Source of the DNA: Paraspadella gotoi
Lineage: Eukaryota > Animalia > Chaetognatha
Length of the DNA stretch: 64,000 nt
Direction: 5' to 3'
Assembly (NCBI GenBank): GCA_051294375.1
Contig: CM119266.1
Span: forward strand, 10,317,677 to 10,381,676
Each line of letters begins with the position of its first letter. Within the stretch, counting starts at the first letter, position 1. This document shows, in pieces, positions 43,581 to 57,527 of the stretch. The position numbers and the translations under genes were made by a program. The notes beneath the pieces were generated by a model, which did no database searches, was not told where the DNA came from, and was given only the letters and a program-made list of their open reading frames with translations.

Positions 43581-45333
43581 TTAAGAATTGAATATTTTTA
43601 AATGTCGCGAAGCCGTCTTAAAATTTTTCGGGTTAAGCGTTCGAATTATGTTCTGGTTGATGATGGAATTGGTTACCGTTGTCTTGGCTCCACCGTGCGG
43701 CACGAAAGTCTTACCACTCTTGTTGACAACACTCTTTTCGTACTGGAATGAGAGGAAGAATAATTATAAAACCGTAACCGATAACGTGAAGTGCTGACAA
43801 TGCCGTTTACTCATTTTAATTTACTTTGTACAACGGTACGAAAGGCGAAGACTTGTAATCCGGGAAATTTTCGAAGCAACCGGCCTTACAACCGCCGAGA
43901 CGCTTGCCTGGCGAAGACGGCTTAAAGGGGCGACCGTCGGATTCTTTACTGGGTCCTGAAAAATGGAGATTAATAATAGAAACTGCGTTCGTGGTTCACT
44001 TTGTAATTAACCTTTCTATTAGGAAATATTAATTTGTAAACAATTAAAATAAAAATATAAAATAAAAATGCATTTAACAAATGCGACTTATTTTATATTA
44101 CGTGGTGTTTCTCCCTTCGTCCCTAGGGGTTGTTGCCGATAATCATCGATCAATATATAATTTGATATCCGATAAAACAAATTTCAAAACTGTCAATCAA
44201 ACAATCATTATCTTTTAATCAGTGTCTGTCTCTCTCTCTCACTCTCTCACCCTTGCTAGCGGAATGGGCTCTGGATCCCGCCCTAGAAGGCGCCGCGGCG
44301 TTGGGATCAGGCTGGTAAACGCTGGGGTCGAAAACGTCTCCCAACGGAAAGGCCACGTGGAAGGGCCCGCCTTTGAGAACGCCTTTATGACGAGCGTTTG
44401 ATGTGTTCCGCAACTGCCGCTCACGATCGTAGGACGAGCTCGCGTACTCGGGATATTTGCCTGGCATAGTCATGATGAGCGGTAATTGAGAACTGCATTG
44501 AGAATTTTTGGAATTTTGCGTTTGTGGATGAGATAAACCAAATACCGATAGTGAGGTCGATAAACCCATAGCCCGTTCCCTTTTTTCCGGGGTTTGTAAT
44601 GAAGTTGGGGCCCGGGGGCTTTTCTTCTTTTTCGGCTTTCAGGCCGGGACTAAAATTCGAGAGGGGACCTCCGAGGGTCCCGTAATGCATTCCCAAACCG
44701 GTGCTCTTCTTCGCGGGCGAAGAAGGGATGTAGGGTTTGCCTATCAAAAAAGTAAGAAAATGGTGTCGAGAATTAAAATTAATCAGGAGTCGCAACAAAA
44801 CGCAAGAAAAAAGTTGGGGGAAAAAAACAAATGGGTCAATTCAAGTAATGTTACACGAAGGATATTCCCCAAGGAATATAGTCAATAGTTAACGCCCAAA
44901 CTAGTAAAAAATTAAAATCGACTAATCCTGGGTCTGCCACCTACATTTTAACGATACTAACCGATGGCCTTTTGCGAATTCTTTAGTCTGTCCATTCTCA
45001 TTCGTCTGACGACATCCGCGTAGGCTTCTCCTTCGTAAACGCGCCCGAATTTTCCTTCAAAGTATCCGTCCATCAGAGCAGACCGTTTGCTAAAAAAAAA
45101 AATTAATTATTACTCCAATGGTACAATTGTATGACAAGTTTTGATCATTGACGAATCGGCGTCCATTGTCACCTGGTTCCTCGGGCCAACATCTGTTTTC
45201 CCTTTCCGGCCGATTCGTTATATTGATTAAAGCCACCCGGGGACTTGTACTTGTCTCCGATGGTGATGTACCCCGGCTCAGAAAAGAACCCGACCCTCTC
45301 CATATCCGATTTGTTATCGCGATCTCCCGGCAT
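43581..45333 (-). CDS. CFAP96: CFAP96/C4orf47 homolog, copy B (cleaner reading frames)
   Basis: ATG at 45333 (MPGDRDNKSDMERVGFFSEPGYITIGDKYKS). Same six-exon structure as copy A. The exon-3 peptide GKPYIPSSPAKKSTGLGMHYGTLGGP...NPGKKGTGYGFIDLTIG is open in the ORF track. Stop TAA at 43581. Confidence 0.88.
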
Positions 45334-46080
45334 TCTGGCGAAGAATGTCCAGAATGTCAAAAAAAAATAGTAACGATTATTCGTAAAAATATTACTAAAA
45401 ATACTATTACTTACGTAAAATATTTTCGGTTTATCAAGAAAAATCAATAAGAGCTTCACAAATTTTTAACATTCTTAATAATTCCGTAAGATTCGTTTAC
45501 GAGTTCAGGTTTGATGTAGTTCAACTTGGTTACATGTTAGATAACGGTTGTCAGGACGATTCCAGAGACTGTGCATTTGTTTTGGATAAGTTATAGGGAG
45601 CCTCATTGAATTATAATTTGATAATTTGATAATTTGATAATTATAAATTTATACTATGATGAACATCGATTAAAAATTGGCAATCTACATTTTAGAGAGA
45701 AGATGGAATAATGTCTTAAAAAATCAAATGAGTAATATGTCATTTTAATTTCATGAGAAGCGAAATCAAAGTAGGCGAATGTAAAATATGTTTAGGAAAT
45801 ACTTTCATAAATAGTATTTTGTAATTTTGTAACTTTTTAATTCAATATCTTTATTTTCATATCAATTCATTGATTATGACTGAAAAGGAATTCCCTCATA
45901 ATTCGAAAAAGCCGCAAATCAAATCGATGGTAAGTAAACAAAATTCATATCACATTAGAATGGTATTTACTCATCCAATTATTTTTAACGTCAAAAAATA
46001 TAAAAAGGGAATCTGCGGATTCAAATAACACATTTTTGACGAATTATTTTTGAAATATTGCTGAATATACCCCCCAAAAA

Positions 46081-47230
46081 ATGAAATCATTAATAGTTCT
46101 CCTGATTGTAGTGGTGCTTCACGCTTCAGATGCATCCAAAAAATTCAAAAGAGGCAAGTGACAAGTCCTAATTGTTCTTCGAAAGAAAAACAAAGAATGA
46201 TAGATAACCAGCCTAAAATAATCGCAACGAACGTTATATAATAGAGGTTATTTGGGTTAATTTTACTTTCTTCAGATTCCTGGCGCGTGTGGGAAGCAAT
46301 AGACGCAAATTGCGACAGCAGCCCTAAAGGAAATCCTTGCGTGACATGTTCTTGCCAGCTGTCTGGACGGTAAGATTTTTACTTTTTTTATAATTTCACT
46401 ATCTTTGTAAAATTAGTAAATATGGAATCGGAATCAACCAATTTAAAAAAACAATTTTCTCGAGGTATGGAAACGAATACACATATCGCTGCAGAGAAGA
46501 TACAAAGCACTGTTACGGGCAATTACCGTGCACCGACGCCATGATTAAACCAGGTTTACTCATAAAAAAAATTATAAAATGTAAATTCAGACCGTCGCTA
46601 TGTATCAGTTTGTAAATTAGTCGCTACAATGTAGCCTACATATCGTTAATATTGATCATTAAATAGCAATTTGGCTATATATCGACAAAGTGCAATTTGC
46701 AAGAAAACGGCGCCATTAACATTTTTTTAACTACTTTAAAACATTTATCTTCTTCAGGCGACTGCTGTCCAAGTTGCCCTAACGGACCAAACTGCAAAAT
46801 TTACGGCAAAGTAGTGAGACCAAGCCAAGAAAAGATTTACGCCCCAGGTATGAACAAATTCTAGTTAAGGACTGATGTCTTGGACTCCTGGCATATCAAC
46901 TTGATTGGGGCTTCGAACCCACAGCAAGCGCCTCCAATCAATGGCGTGCGTTAATAACCGGGGAGAGAAATCGTGACTTAAGCTCCTACGGTTGAAACAA
47001 AATGTAACCTGTTCACCGGTCACCCTTTGATACGAGGCCAATAAGAGTGGCGGTGAGGTGATTTTCAGTTGAACTGCCACAACGTTAATGGTGTTTCGAA
47101 ATTCCCTTGTCAAGGTACCGATAAGGAATACAGCTTTTGCCAAAACGACGGTTCGCAAAAAAGATGCTTCGTATCCAACATTCAACATGGGACTTACATT
47201 TACGAGAGGACTCGGTGCTACACATCTTAA
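46081..47230 (+). CDS. Small secreted cysteine-rich protein with a von Willebrand factor type C (VWC)-like domain, copy B
   Basis: Exons 46081-46153 (MKSLIVLLIVVVLHASDASKKFKR, signal peptide), 46276-46369 (DSWRVWEAIDANCDSSPKGNPCVTCSCQLSG), 46465-46553 (..YRCREDTKHCYGQLPCTDAMIKPG) and 46758-46847 (DCCPSCPNGPNC..). The PCxxCxC...C...PC....PGxCCPxC pattern is VWC-like. A probable terminal exon 47069-47230 (LNCHNVNG..CQG..FCQ..RCF..RCYTS*) is followed by AATAAA, but its phase link to exon 4 is unresolved. Confidence 0.7.
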
Positions 47231-48137
47231 AAATAAAAATTTAACCAAGAAAAATGTAAATAATATGCATAGTAGATGGAAAAAATAAATGTTTAGCGAT
47301 CTGTTTCACGTTTCACGTTTCATTCTGCCTAATAACAAAATACTAGCAAACAAAAAAAATTAGTTACAATTTACACGTTTAATTTCTTCGGGATAAATAA
47401 ACATTATTGGTCATTTTAACGTATACAAGATAATTTAGACTAATAATAACACTAAAGAAACGACCAATGCTTTGCTTTTAGTTTTCATATTCACAATACC
47501 AGTTGACCCACAACTACCGCTAAAAATAAAGCTGCCGAAAAAAAAATTAGTAACTCATTTCCTGTTAAATTTTCAAAAAAATATATTTGATTGCGATATA
47601 ATTGCAAATGTGGGTTCATTGGAAAACAGAGACTAGAGGAGCGTATGACGTTTTTAACTGTCGAAGGTAAAATGAGAAAGAAGCATCGAAAGACGATAAA
47701 AGCATCTTTTCTTTTTGAAGAGTGAGAAATAATTATTAATTTTTTTAAGTGGGGAAAAAAAGAAAGATCGTGGGAAGATTTTTGTTTTGTTTTATAACTT
47801 TCGAGCGAGTCCAAATAGAAGTGCAAAATGCAATTAAATGAAAGAGTACAATATGCAGAAAATAAAATTTTATCCGCTATCTACAAATTAAAAATTGGAA
47901 ATACCGTTAAAAATACTGAGGTAAGAACTGAAATATTAATCGTTACGAATGGAGCAAACAAATATTGAAGATTTTTTTTTACTCATTTGTCAATCGGAGC
48001 AGCGATGGAACGTTTTTCGCTGGCAACACAATGATTGGGGGACAGAAGCGAATTATTATCTCTGAATTGAATACAAAGTAATTCCATTACTAAAGTTTAT
48101 TTTTATTTTTTTTGCTGGAGTTCACTTGTAACGACTA

Positions 48138-49560
<1,423 letters not shown>

Positions 49561-50171
49561 CGTAGCGATGGCGAAGAATTTCCGGAATTATATCTACAAA
49601 ATAGAGAGACAGCTGTGCGTTTTTTGTGCGACCAACCCACTGAGAGTATGACGTCAACATGAAGGCTTCAGAGCAGCGCCCCGAATCCACCCTATCCGCC
49701 AGGAATCACAGTAAAACGAGCAAAAGAGCAATCCTTTATATATTCTTTTGGGTTCAAGTTTTAAGTTTAATAATAGGAATATAAAAATGGAATTGCCAAA
49801 AACGGACAGGATATTTCCAAAATTTCCGTATTATTATTTGGGCTAAATTATGCTCATTTACCGCTTTTTGGCTGTCTCATTTTATCAATATTTCTCAATC
49901 ACACACAAGTTTAAAGAGTAATATTTACCGAATAATTTAGCTTATCTGGAAATAAGAGGAAAATAACTACAATGTACCTCGTCAGTAAAAAAATAAACAT
50001 TTGCAATAATCTTTCAAAGTAATATGTGTAATAAAGTAATTTATATTAGAAAAAGAAGTTTCATATAAAATCGGCAAAAGAAATTAGAAAATCACAGTTA
50101 GTTGCTAAATTATCTATAAATTCGTTTTTAATATGCTAATAAAATGCAATAGAGTCCTATAGAGAGCGGCA

Positions 50172-52996
50172 TTAACGAGACACGAAGCTCTGATAGTTTT
50201 CCCACACACGCGCCCCCTTGTTTCGTCGAATTTTGTCGATCTCGGCGTTGACCTCGTCGAAGAAGGGGACGGCGTGGTTTTTCACGCGCTCCATCCAGAT
50301 TCGAATGCGTCGTCGCTCGCTCTCCACGTCGAAACCCGCACCGGAAGCTTGTTTCAATTCACTGAAGGGATTAAGAGTATTGAATTAAAAAGTCATCTAA
50401 AGAAATGTATGATATAATAATAAAAAAAAATAAAAGAGCTTTGTGAAAGTTATGTTTTTTGTGTTTTGTGTACTGTGTTATGAAAAAAGTTTACGAAAGT
50501 TGTTCACGTTAAGAAGCACAAAAGTCTGAGATTATTGGACCCTGATACAGATAGCAGCACACGCAAACACCGGTGTACTTGGGGTTAACCGGAACGTCGT
50601 TTATCTATTCTGTCAAGCTGGGTGCGAAGCGGATTGAAAGAATTCAAAGGACTAAAAACAGCTTAAAAACCCGACACCGACTATTACAATAATATCACGT
50701 GAACTGCATAAAAGGAAATGAGGTGAACATAAATCTATGCATAACGATGATGAATTAAAATTAATTAAAATAGAAACCGATGTTTCATGAAACAAACAAA
50801 AGAGAGATGTTGACAGTTCCAAAAATCTTCAAAAATTTGAGTCCAACAGCTAAACAAATTTCGAACTTCCACGACAGGCACAGCTTCAGTAACTTTTAAG
50901 TTGATTGCTGAAGCGTTCACTTACCAAACTGCCAGCAAGTCGCAGATGCCCACTTCGTCGCCTTCAATGAATTCACCCGAAAGGAACCCTTCCTCCAACT
51001 GGTCGCATGCTTTGTCCAATTCCATCTTGAGGCAATGGAGCCTCTCGTAGTTTGGTGGTTGATGCGTGATGACCGGGACGACGGTCGCTTGGCTGAAGAT
51101 CTGAAGACAAGCGGGTCGCAATCGACTTTGGTGCCAGCTGAGGTATTCGTCCACCCGAGCCACGGCCTTGGCGTCATCGGCTGAAGGGAGCCATCGTTTC
51201 GACAGCCGGTGCCGGGCGGCGAGGTAGCGACAAATTGCCGGAGCCTCGCGGAGCACGAATCCGACATCGTCCATCACCGGTAGTCGAAGGGCGGGGCTGA
51301 GGCGCCGGAATTCCGGGTCGAATTGAGCGCCGGATTTGAGATGGATAGGGACGGCGTCGAAGGCTATTCCGGACTTTTTGAGGAAGAGGAGGAGGGCGCG
51401 GGAGGAGGAGGTTACCAAGTCGTAATAGATTTTCACAGGAGATAAAGTTGCAGCGTCAAGACTAGAATCCGCGAGCGATTCCACGTCACTCTTGGCCGGA
51501 GTCTCGAAGGCGGAATCTTGAAGAGAGTCGTCGCTGGCGGAACGAACCAGCTTGCCATTCTCGTCCAAAAACACCTTGGGCTTCAACAATTCTCGTTTCA
51601 AACTGACGGATAATATAAAATAAATAAATTATTTAGTATTCAAAATGATAAGTAAAAACAAGCGAAATCAACAACCCAGACGAGCATGGAACAAACCGGC
51701 TGTCAATTTTCCTCCTTCCCCCGTTGGCCTCCTCGTCCTCGTCGTGGGTGCTGACGCCAGAGTCTCGATGCTTCTCGTCCTCCGAATCAGAGGACATCCA
51801 AGGGCGACCCACCTGGCATCGAGAAACGGAATCAGTTTGGTAATACATATATCCCAGACAAAAAATATACGAATACAGTTTAAAAACCTTCACCTGCGTG
51901 GCGGCATCCTTCGTCTCAGCCTTGGCTTTACAGAAGGAACTCGTTCGACTACGAACAAAGGCGCGGTTGCGCGCGGGAGACTTTTCGTGGCCGTGGAGGC
52001 AAAGCGGAGGCAACGTGGAAAGGTGCGTCTGATTTCTGACGGGCGACCTTTCATGACCATGAACGCAAGGCGGCGCCAAAGAAGACATTTGGGTCTGGGA
52101 CCGAACGGGCGATCTTTCGTGACCGCGAACGCAAGGCGGCGCCAGCAGAGAAGTCTGCGAGAATTAAAAATGGTCGTGTATCGCTTAATCCCAGAGAGCG
52201 TACTAAGTTGCTCATGCCTGAGGGTTGACGATTCCGGCCCGGCGTCTTCTTTCAGCGACCGAAACGCCATATTGTTTGGGAGACGAAGCGCCTTGGTTGG
52301 AGCGCGCGTAGGAAAACTCGTTCGTGTGAATCTGAGAGAATGAGAAGAAGATATTGAGCGGAAAAATTCTGCTCGTTAATTCTTTCCGTTTCGCATCAGC
52401 ATTCAGCAACCTTGGGAACGTTCCTGCCGCTTTGAAGATCTTCTAACTTTCTGGTGAGCTCTTTGACCATCTTCGAATCTGGATCCGTCTCCAATGCCTG
52501 CTCGTATTTCTCCATTCCTTCAACGTAATCGCAGACCATGGACAAGCTCTACCATCGGGGTTTTTAGTTGGGAAATCGCGGGAAGGAAATCCGTCGCAAC
52601 CTGGATGTACCTGAAATTTCTTTTTCATGGAAGATATTTTGTCTTTGACGTTTTCCACTTGCTTCCGGTGTTCCCTGGCGATGCCGTCCGAACTGAAGAC
52701 GCCTCCGTCGGAATACTTGCGAAGAACCTCCTCGTATTCTCCATCGTCGAAGGTTTCGTCCGACAAAGACTGCGAGGAAGACAAATATGATTAAGCTAAA
52801 ATAAGTCTACTTGCAGATCACAGCAGGGTCACACCACCTTTGTAACTTCCGTCGGATCGGGATTGTCCGAAAAAAAACTTTGGCGGTGTTGAAAGTGCAT
52901 CATGGGATCCTCTTCGTTGGTAATGAACTTTCCCTTGCGGAAGTGCTTGTAGTAAGGCTCGCCATAGCGGTAGTCGCGATATCGTTGACGGTTCAT
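50172..52996 (-). CDS. Glutathione S-transferase theta-like protein with a long (~370 aa) N-terminal extension; 8 exons, about 604 aa
   Basis: Exons 52996-52838, 52769-52611, 52548-52411, 52331-52218, 52154-51894, 51812-51697, 51602-50925 and 50361-50172 join in frame (1815 nt). GST domain: VKIYYDLVTSSSRALLLFL..LSPALRLPVMDD.GFVLREAPAICRYL..ARVDEYLSWHQ..FIEGDEVGICDLLAVCELKQ, with the theta-type RVDEYLxWH and DLLAxCEL motifs. The exact stop lies in the error-prone duplicated region. Confidence 0.8.
51957..52154 (-). repeat. Three tandem 66-bp (22-aa) coding repeats in the GST N-terminal extension
   Basis: TSLLAPPCVRGHERSPVRSQTQ / MSSLAPPCVHGHERSPVRNQTH / LSTLPPLCLHGHEKSPARNRAF. Confidence 0.85.
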
Positions 52997-53944
52997 GGTG
53001 ACGATCTGAAATTATACACCAATGATATTAGTTATAGCATGTTCAACATAATGTTGTCCAGGAAAAAGTATTAAACATTAGGTTAAAAATTAGTAGCTTT
53101 GTTTAACCACACAAAAAATTACTAGGAGATAAAGTTTTATGTATAAACGTCGAATTTTTAAAATTTATCTCTCCGACCGCACACTCCGAGTCATCTGGGT
53201 TGTTTATTTCTATTTTTTTTAAGTCATCGGCGAAGGCAACTTTTCAATAAATTCAAGCCACGCGCACCCGCGGGATCAAGAAAGAAATAAACAGAAAAAC
53301 TGAATAAAGAGAAAGTAAGAACCCGAACGGTTAAAATCAAACCGTGACGGGAGATAACGCGAATGATTTATTGACGTGGTTTGTCAGATGATCAACCCAA
53401 TTTAAAGACTTAAATTCTTATTCGTAACGACGTTAATTCATGAGAGAGTTGTTAATTGATAACGTTAAAGAACTATTTTTAGTCGCTGCTGCAGAGGAAA
53501 CGCCTTTTTTTGGGGTCTGTTCATCTGTTCGCGTCCCCAAATTTTCGTTTCTCTGGCCGGAAGGTAGGAAATGATCCTACGCGAGTTACATTATAGATAG
53601 ATCATTACTCGTTTGTGATAAATATTTAAATAACGCCCAACCGGCGTTCTATAAAATGAGAAGGAAATCCAAAAAAAAATGCTCTCAAAGTTTTTTTTGT
53701 TTTCAAGCGATTAAAAATCATTGTTTGCTCGAGAGTGGGTGTGAAAGGCTTAAAACCTCCAAGCGTGATAGTTATGGGATGGGGATGAAAAATAAAAATA
53801 TCAAGAAACAGAAAAAAAACAAATTTAGAATGGGTGGTACTGTGAACGTCAGTATCTATGAGAAAAAAAAAGGTTTGAGGAGTAATTTGAAAGCTTCCAT
53901 TATTTAAAAAAAAAATGTAATAAAGTTTCTTTAAAAAAACTCAC

Positions 53945-54190
53945 CGGTCAACATCATCCAGAAGAAAAGATAAATTTAATAATAATACATAGTAATGTTG
54001 ATGGGAGCGCAGCGTTGCGTGCCCAGAAAAAAACGAAAGCTTCTGAAGAGAAGGATTCAAGTCGGCGGTGAGATCGAGATCATCATCGAACGCGTGGATG
54101 TCGAGGCCGAGCCCGTCGAGAGAGTTCGGGTGAACATCGATCTGTTTTTTTCCCTTTTTTCAGCCGAAAGTTTTCGATTTTGAAACATTT
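53945..54190 (-). other. Probable upstream (5'UTR) exon of the GST gene containing a 43-aa uORF
   Basis: GC-richer block ending in the strong donor gaccg|GTGAGT at 53944. An acceptor ttcag| lies 9 nt before the GST ATG. The uORF reads MFQNRKLSAEK...PPT*. Confidence 0.4.
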
Positions 54191-55302
54191 TTTAATAAAA
54201 ACACGTATCAATTACTAAATTCTCTGTGAGAATTAGATTTTTGACTGTGAAACCTGAACTTATAACAAATATATAAATATTATCAAGATAGGCGAAAAAA
54301 GAAGCTTTCGTTCAACATTTAGAACACAACTAATCTCATAAAATTGTCATGATTATACTAGATACCAAATTGTGTTTTCCACTAACTGTATGTATATTGT
54401 ATAACAGAGCAAAAAAATTAAAGCAGAAGTTTTAAATTTTGTTCTAATCGTAAGTAAGACAAACAGTAACACGTTTAAGCTGGGAAAAAGGTTTATATGA
54501 AAGGCTACACATGCAAAAAAACCAAGCAAGTTTATTATTTTAAAGCTGCCCGTGCAGAAAAATAGTAATCATAATTACTTTCTAATAGAAATATTAATAA
54601 AAAACCTCTTAATAATACGGTAGAAAAATAACAGATTTTCTAAAAATAATGAGTACGATCAGGAATGCATGGATATGGTGGAAGAGGATGAAAATTAAAG
54701 TGGTAAGATTTTTTTTTTGGTCATAAATATATGAATTCCCGATTAGAAAAAAAACGTGACAAGTTTATTTTCTGTAGACTACAACTTTACGTTGTAGATA
54801 ACTACTATTAAAATTCTAATTTTTTTCATTAATTCATCAAAAAAGCGTACAAAATTTAGATGAGAAAGTTTCTGTTGGCTAATTTGAGATCATTAAAGAG
54901 TGACCAACTACAAACATTAAGTAAATGAAAAGTGAGCCGAATCATCTATTTTACACATAGAAAAATGACCTTACTACTGCATAGAATTATATTTTATGTT
55001 AGGAAAGGTCAATAAAAAAATTTTAAAAATATAAGATAGTCCTTATTCCGAATCCTAATAAAAAATGACTGACAATTCTAATTTAAGGAACTTGGAAAAT
55101 TCTGCAGCAGCTTCATTCCTGTTGATAATCTTACGAATTATATTGTGTCATCTGTGTTTCTATAAATTATTCACTTAGCACCTGACCACAAGGACATTGC
55201 CGAGGCCATGTACATGTAAATCTCAGCGAAAAAATGTCAGAAAACCAATTTAAATATTGATACTGGTCACTGCTCCGCCCCGCCTAATCATCGTGACTAA
55301 CT

Positions 55303-56825
55303 TTATGCTCTAAACCTCCAAGAAAAAGGATTAAAAACGTGCAAATTTGAATTTCCGTCACCGGAGCGCTTCGCTTTGAGAGTCACCATCTCAGGATTAA
55401 TCTTCTTTCTTCCATAGGCCCATCCGAGCCCGGCCATAGCATCTATAAATACTGAAAAAGGAATACATAAGGAAGCATAAGTAATTGGGTTTCTGAGTTT
55501 TTCGAATTTTTACGCAATTTTACCTGTGGTGATGTTAAATACCAACGAAAGACCAGGGATATTGATTTCTGAGGTGGAGTAATCGTGAGGAAAGGAATGA
55601 TGGTAATTATGATGTCCCTCTCCTGCCGCTCCGAGAATTACGAGAATATTTTCCGCGGGATTCATTCCCTTGTCATATGGGCGAGTCCCCCAGAGATGAG
55701 CGACACTGTTGACGGCCCATGTGAGATTTAATCCCACTGCCAAGCTGAAACAAATTGGGAGCGAATTTTTAAATTAAATTATTGAATTAAAATGTTACGG
55801 AACGTTTCGAAGACTTTACCGGAAGATGCAAGGAACTAAGTAGGAGTTGAAAAGTGACTCATTCCAAAAATACCAAGGAACCACCGTGGGAACGACGAAA
55901 CAAAAGAGTAAAACCAAAGGTTTGTAATGTTTTCGTTGAAACACAAGCAATGGGTCTGCGTACAAGTCGCTGAGATCAATTAGCTTGCCCTTTTCTTTAA
56001 CCTTGAAATGAAAAATGCTAATTATAAATTTATTTGGGGGTGGGGAGCGTAATTGCTTGTTGCAATCATTTCAATACAATACGGACAACAATACCTTGGG
56101 GTGTTTCCTAACGAGTAACCATCCAATGTGGGCGAAGAAAAACCCTCTTTTAGCGTTGTGCGGATCAGCGTCGGTTTCAGAATATTTGTGATGAACTCTG
56201 GTTGGGAAAGAAAACGAGAAATTAAATATTTAATTTTTGTTTCACCATTCTTGGCATCATCATCATCGCACCTGTGATCTCGAGCCCACTCAATCACATC
56301 GTTCTGCAGGGCGACGGTTTGAAGGACGACTAGGAGGAGGCGCAGAGGGAGGGTCGCTTTGAACGACCGATGTGACCAGAGGCGATGAGATCCCGCCGTT
56401 ACCCCAATCGCTCCCAGCAGATACAACAAGTAGGCTTTGGAAATAGTATTCAAATTATTAAAACAGATGATAGACAAATAGACATACAAAAGAATTACGC
56501 GATAATGGTACACAGTACACACCCCATATTAGCGTTTGCCATTTAGAGTTTTTGATTTCAAATATAAAAGCGTAGGCCGCGGCAAGGTGCAGAACGGAAA
56601 AAAGAATCACGTTTCTCCATACTATTTGCATCGGTTGTTTGCTGTGAAAATTAGTACGTGATGTAAAATGAACAAAATTTCAAAAACGGCAACCAACTAA
56701 AACGATTTTTTTTACATTAAATTTTACGATGTAACTCACACATCCGGTTTGTCCTCTGTCTTTTGAGGTATTAACACGTCATCGGAGTCACAATGTATGA
56801 TTCCCGTATCCAGGCCACGATCCAT
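55303..56825 (-). CDS. SCD: Acyl-CoA delta-9 (stearoyl-CoA) desaturase, 7 exons, 340 aa
   Basis: Exons 56825-56740, 56641-56523, 56434-56272, 56197-56095, 56001-55820, 55744-55524 and 55451-55303 (1023 nt, in frame). It has IVWRNVI, the three His boxes GSHRLWSHRS, RDHRVHHKYSETDADPHNAKRGFFFAHIGWL and GEGHHNYHHSFPHDYSTSE, plus VNSVAHLWG and a C-terminal FIDAMA.LGWAY..K..RSGDG. Confidence 0.96.
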
Positions 56826-57041
56826 TTTTAATTAACGATTCAATGCGTCGAACGAAAAACGAAGAAAATCACAGATCGAAGTTGTCGAGCCTTTTTTATT
56901 TAAGGATTCCTGACCACGAGAAAAGTGAAAAATCAGAGGAAGAAGGCAAGATCACAAAAAAATATAAATTAATTTGTATGTGTAAAATTAAGAGATCTTT
57001 GTGTTTTTTAAATAAATTATGAAAACATATAAACGCGGAAA

Positions 57042-57074
<33 letters not shown>

Positions 57075-57527
57075 TAATAATTTCGCCTGCCTAAGAAAAT
57101 AAAATATATTGTGAAGGAATGAAAGATTTTCACTAAACGGCGCGATCGCGCGATACAATACGATCGACCATTGAACTATAGTGGACCGGAATTGATTGTT
57201 ACCTACAAAGCCAGCCGCCTCCAATTGATAATTTAAAAATCAGGCTTTTGATTCAGCTAGTATTTAAACAAAAATTGTTTAGAGAATCAGCCATTGTAGT
57301 TTTGAATTTTTTTTGGTTTTGTTTACTAAACTTAGCTTCTTAAACTATTAAAAGATGAATACCGAAAAGCTTGCAAGAGCACATTTGTTTTTTCTTTCGC
57401 AACCGTTACAACGTTATAAAAAAAAATCACAAATTCTGCTGGGTCAGCAAGTCCTGGGAAAAGAACAAATCTGACGTCTCTGCTCTATTTACCGAGAAGA
57501 TGCAGACCACCGAGACGTCGTGTGATT

